DNA from: Cyanobacteriota bacterium
Lineage (GTDB): Bacteria; Cyanobacteriota; Cyanobacteriia; PCC-6307; Cyanobiaceae
Assembly (NCBI GenBank): GCA_046052125.1
Contig: JBJOMY010000003.1
Coordinates: forward strand, 96,001-160,000
DNA length: 64,000 bases
Direction of reading: 5' to 3'
Shown here: piece by piece, positions 60,477 to 64,000 of the stretch
Position numbering within the stretch: position 1 is the stretch's first letter
Layout of the letters: every line of letters starts with the position of its first letter
The notes under the pieces: generated by a model
Database searches by the model: none
Seen by the model: only the letters and a program-made list of their open reading frames with translations
Told to the model about the DNA's origin: nothing
Translations under genes and position numbers: made by a program

Positions 60477-62471
60477 TTAGGCAGGCAGTGCACGCGGCAC
60501 ACCGATCGGAATTTCAGCCACACTGAAATCCTTGTGAATTGATAGGCCGTTGATGTAGCTGATCGGATCGTCTGCGTTGAAGGGAACGCCGTCGAAGAGT
60601 TCGATGGCGGTGCGCTGATACGACACGTCTTCGATGCCGAGTTCTCTGGCCGCGGTGCTGTACACCCCCACCGAGCACACCCGCTCCAGGATTTCCACGT
60701 AGTTGCGGGGGAAGGGAATCTCGCTCCAGCGGGCTAGCTGGCTGAGAATCCAGAGGTGTTCTGTGCGGCTGGGGCGATTCAGGCCGGCACCGAAAAACAG
60801 GGTGTGAGGTTCGTTCTTGTGCTCCTCGCCTGAGGCCTGGGCCACACCGAAACGGATTAGCTCCCGCTTCATGCCGAGATAGCGCCGATCGCTCAGCAGC
60901 TCGCTCAGTTCATCCCAGTGGTTGGGATCGGCGCAGTAACGGCAGGCCTCCAGCAGTGCCTTCGTGAGGGCGATGTGCGTGTTGGGGTAGGCCAGGGCCC
61001 AGTCCTCTCGCACGCCGAGCACCTTGCCTGGGTGGCCAGACCAGATCTCGATGTCGCCTACGATCGGGAAGCCGTGGCCTTCTCGGTCGGCCCGCACATT
61101 CCAGGGCTCACCCACGCAATACCCATCAATGGAGCCGTCCTTGAGGTCGGCCAACATCTGGGCAGGCGGCAGGTTCTGCAGCTTCACATCGTGATCCGGA
61201 TCGATCGCGTTGGAGGCGAGCCAATAGCGCAGCAGCAGGTTGTGCATCGAGGCCGGATGCACGATCCCGAGGGTGTGGGGTTCGCGGTTGTTCCGCAGCA
61301 GGTAGTCGCGGTAGTTGGCCACGCTGTTCACCCCCAGCTCCGCCAGGCGGCTGGCCAGGGTGATGCCGTTGCCGTTGCGGCTCAGGGTGAGGGCCGTCAC
61401 GATCGGGGTTGGATCGCCGCCATGGCCACCGGCTGTCATCCAGGTGGGCATTCCCGATGGCATCAGGGCGCCATCGAGGGTGCGATCCAGCAGCCCGTCG
61501 GTCACGCCGCGCCAGCTGGTTTCGCGCACGAGTTGCACCTCATCGAGGCCGTGCTTGGCGAAAAACCCTTTGGCCTCCGCCACGGCCATCGGAGCACAGG
61601 CCGCGAGAGGGATGAAGCCCAGATCGAGATTCACCTTTTCGAGGCCATGGCGAGCCAGCACCTGATGGGGCTTGGCCTGCCACTGCTTCACCCGCTTCTG
61701 GCGGTTGAGGAAATAGATGATTTCGGAGCGCAGGCTGTAGTAGCTGGGGTGGTGCACCACCTCGAGGCGTTGGCGGGGGCGGGGGATGTCCACCTCGAGA
61801 ATGCCGCCGATCTTGGATCCGGGGCCGTTGGTGAGCATCACGATCCGATCCGAGAGCAGCACGGCCTCGTCCACGTCGTGGGTCACCATCACGGCGGTGA
61901 GTTCGTGCTCATTGCAGATCTGCATGAGCTTCTCCTGCAGATTGCCCCGGGTGAGTGCATCCAGTGCACCGAACGGTTCATCCAGCAGCAGCAGCTTCGG
62001 CTTGATCGCCAATGCCCGTGCAATCGCCACCCGCTGGCGCATGCCACCGGAGAGTTGCAGCGGTGGCTTATCAGCTGCGTGAGCCAAGCCCACCATGTTG
62101 ATGTGCTCCTCCACAACCTCATCGCGTTCCTTGCGTTGGAGGTCGGGCATCACCTCATCCACGGCGAGAGCGATGTTTTCCCGCACGCTGAGCCAGGGCA
62201 GCAGCGAGTAGTTCTGGAACACCACCATCTTGTCCGGCCCGGGCCGGCGCACCGTTTCACCATCGAGCAACACGGTGCCATCGCTGGGCAGATCAAGCCC
62301 GGCGATCATGTTGAGCAGCGTGCTCTTGCCGCAGCCGGAGTGGCCGATCAGCGAGATGAATTCACCCTTGCGGATGGAAAGGTCGATTCCCTTGAGGGCG
62401 AGATAGGTGCCGCCCCCATTGAGTGGGAATGTTTTGGCGACATCCTGAACAGCAACGAGAGCGGTCATCAC
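60477..62471 (-). CDS. cmpC: BCT1 ATPase with C-terminal regulatory domain
   Basis: ABC domain fused to an NrtA-like domain. Confidence 0.8.
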   Translation of the reverse strand: MMTALVAVQDVAKTFPLNGGGTYLALKGIDLSIRKGEFISLIGHSGCGKSTLLNMIAGLDLPSDGTVLLDGETVRRPGPDKMVVFQNYSLLPWLSVRENIALAVDEVMPDLQRKERDEVVEEHINMVGLAHAADKPPLQLSGGMRQRVAIARALAIKPKLLLLDEPFGALDALTRGNLQEKLMQICNEHELTAVMVTHDVDEAVLLSDRIVMLTNGPGSKIGGILEVDIPRPRQRLEVVHHPSYYSLRSEIIYFLNRQKRVKQWQAKPHQVLARHGLEKVNLDLGFIPLAACAPMAVAEAKGFFAKHGLDEVQLVRETSWRGVTDGLLDRTLDGALMPSGMPTWMTAGGHGGDPTPIVTALTLSRNGNGITLASRLAELGVNSVANYRDYLLRNNREPHTLGIVHPASMHNLLLRYWLASNAIDPDHDVKLQNLPPAQMLADLKDGSIDGYCVGEPWNVRADREGHGFPIVGDIEIWSGHPGKVLGVREDWALAYPNTHIALTKALLEACRYCADPNHWDELSELLSDRRYLGMKRELIRFGVAQASGEEHKNEPHTLFFGAGLNRPSRTEHLWILSQLARWSEIPFPRNYVEILERVCSVGVYSTAARELGIEDVSYQRTAIELFDGVPFNADDPISYINGLSIHKDFSVAEIPIGVPRALPA

Positions 62472-62507
62472 GAGTAAAGATCAAGGGTTGATGGGATGCA
62501 GCTGCGC

Positions 62508-63329
62508 TCAGCGACCAGCAGCGATACGGGTTTGCAGCCAGGCCATGAAGCGATCGAGAATCAAACCGATGGCACCAATCCAGATCACACCGAGAACGAT
62601 TTCAGACACATAACCGTTCTGGTTCGCATCCCAGATGAAGAAGCCGATGCCGGGTGTGCCTGGCATCACAATCTCCGCTGCGATGATCGCCAGCCACGCC
62701 AAGCCGATGGAGATGCGCAGGCCGGTGAAGATGTAGGGAAGGGTGGAGGGGATCAGGATCTTGGTGAAGAAGCGCCGCTTGGACATCTGCAGCACCAGAG
62801 CCACATTGCGGTAGTCCTGTGGGATCTGGCGAACACCTTCAGCGGTGTTGATCAGAATGGGCCAGATCGAGGTGATGAAGATCACAAAGATGGCTGCCGG
62901 CTGGTTTTGCTGGAACAGCACCAGGGCGATCGGAACCCAGGCCAGAGGAGCCACCATCCGCAGGAATTGGAACAGCGGATCAAATGCGCTGTTCAGGCGC
63001 TTGTTCAGCCCCATGGCGATACCCACTGCAATGCCGATCACGGCGGCCAGCGAGTAGCCAATGGCCACGCGCGAGAGGCTGCTCATCGTGTGCAGGAATA
63101 GACCCTTATCGAGGCCGCCGTTGTCGAAGAACGGATAGAGCAACAGTTCGCGGGTGCGCTCCTCTGTCCAGAGGCTGAGAGGCCCGCTCAGTTTGGTGAG
63201 GCCCAGGCTGGAGCTCAGCTGCCAGAAGAGCAGAAAACCGCCAATTCCCAATAGGGGAGGCAACACGGTTTTGCGGCTTTGCTTCCACCATTGCTGCAGA
63301 TTGAAGCCGGAGGATGTGGAGCTGGTCAT
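62508..63329 (-). CDS. cmpB: BCT1 permease
   Basis: PLAWVPIAL, IFTGLRISIGLAWLAIIAAE. Confidence 0.8.
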   Translation of the reverse strand: MTSSTSSGFNLQQWWKQSRKTVLPPLLGIGGFLLFWQLSSSLGLTKLSGPLSLWTEERTRELLLYPFFDNGGLDKGLFLHTMSSLSRVAIGYSLAAVIGIAVGIAMGLNKRLNSAFDPLFQFLRMVAPLAWVPIALVLFQQNQPAAIFVIFITSIWPILINTAEGVRQIPQDYRNVALVLQMSKRRFFTKILIPSTLPYIFTGLRISIGLAWLAIIAAEIVMPGTPGIGFFIWDANQNGYVSEIVLGVIWIGAIGLILDRFMAWLQTRIAAGR

Positions 63330-63361
63330 GATCGGATCAGGTGGATGGAGTGGTAGGAAGA

Positions 63362-64000
63362 TCAGCCTTTGATCTTCAGGCTGTTGAGGTAGGCCTTGGG
63401 ATTGCTGGGGTCATACACGGTGCCGTCAAAAAACACCTCTTTGCCACGGCTTGTGCTGCGTGGGATGTCTTTCGCCGGAAGGCCCAGTTCTTTGGCGGCT
63501 TTAAGCCAGAGATCGTCGCGAACAGCCCGGTTGTTGATGGCGGTTGCTTCCTCCAGGTTGTCGAGAGTGCCGGGGTAGAACTTCCAGCGCAGCGACTCCA
63601 CCAGGAACCACAAGGTGAGGCTCTTGTAGGGATACGAGATCACCCCGCGATCACTGCTCCAATAGAGCGGTCCGAGTTTGGGATCGGTGATTGTTTTCCC
63701 TTCGGCTCCTAGTTGCAGTTGCCCCCGTAGTGCCTGCTCAAGAATGGGAACGGGCACGTTGTACCACTTGCGCGAACCCAGGATTTGAGCTGCTTCGGCC
63801 TTGTTCTGTGGTTGGTCGAGCCACATCTGGGCTTCCATCAGGCCCTTGAGCAGGGCAACGGTGGCTTTCGGGTGCTTGTTCACCCAATCGCTTCTGATGG
63901 CTAGGTATTCCTCGGGGTGAACTTTCCAGATCTGGGAGGTGCTGGCAGCCAGGTATCCGATTCCGTCGCGGCGGATGCGGGAAGGCCATGGATCTCCCGT
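63362..64000 (-). CDS. cmpA: BCT1 bicarbonate-binding protein, 5' end outside window
   Basis: Frame open to the window edge. TGDPWP and HPEEYLAIR are CmpA-like; NrtA typically has VGEPW and HPEK. Confidence 0.82.
   Translation of the reverse strand, partial: TGDPWPSRIRRDGIGYLAASTSQIWKVHPEEYLAIRSDWVNKHPKATVALLKGLMEAQMWLDQPQNKAEAAQILGSRKWYNVPVPILEQALRGQLQLGAEGKTITDPKLGPLYWSSDRGVISYPYKSLTLWFLVESLRWKFYPGTLDNLEEATAINNRAVRDDLWLKAAKELGLPAKDIPRSTSRGKEVFFDGTVYDPSNPKAYLNSLKIKG

Noticed and set aside
59611..64000. Calling the ABC operon nrtABCD
   Set aside because: Binding-protein motifs and the CCM context favour cmpABCD; no nirA or narB nearby

Overview
GC-rich chromosome window from an alpha-picocyanobacterium (Synechococcus/Cyanobium-like; Form IA RuBisCO, cso operon). 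Bases 1 to ~17227 are the end of an integrative element or genomic island that abuts the 3' end of tRNA-Pro(TGG) at 17228-17301. No integrase or second att site is visible in the window. The island carries (i) a thermonuclease, DUF4236 and a Cys-repeat gene; (ii) a heavy-metal cargo block (CadR + P1B ATPase, VKOR-Trx, Nramp, ChrA, Grx-MauE, DUF305/DUF3721/PepSY, a second MerR) with four MerR-type 19-bp-spacer promoters; (iii) a NUDIX/CDF deletion scar; (iv) a frameshifted AbiF-family HEPN toxin preceded by a structured candidate antitoxin RNA; and (v) a SLOG-Gp157-Rad52 recombination module with LexA boxes, next to a ~130-nt hairpin and tandem arm-type repeats. The rest is core chromosome: M23 peptidase, alkB, ridA, an Fe ABC ATPase, gloB, hisG, GNAT, CHASE4-EAL, TIGR04283/bestrophin/TIGR04282, htrA and dnaA. 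These are followed by a ~32 kb CO2-concentrating supercluster: cbbX, acRAF, ndhF4/D4/cupB, bfr-like, csoS1E, csoS4AB, csoSCA, csoS2, cbbLS, csoS1, sbtAB, csoS1D, ndhF3/D3/cupA/cupS and cmpABCD. All family calls come from motif recognition by eye, not database searches.
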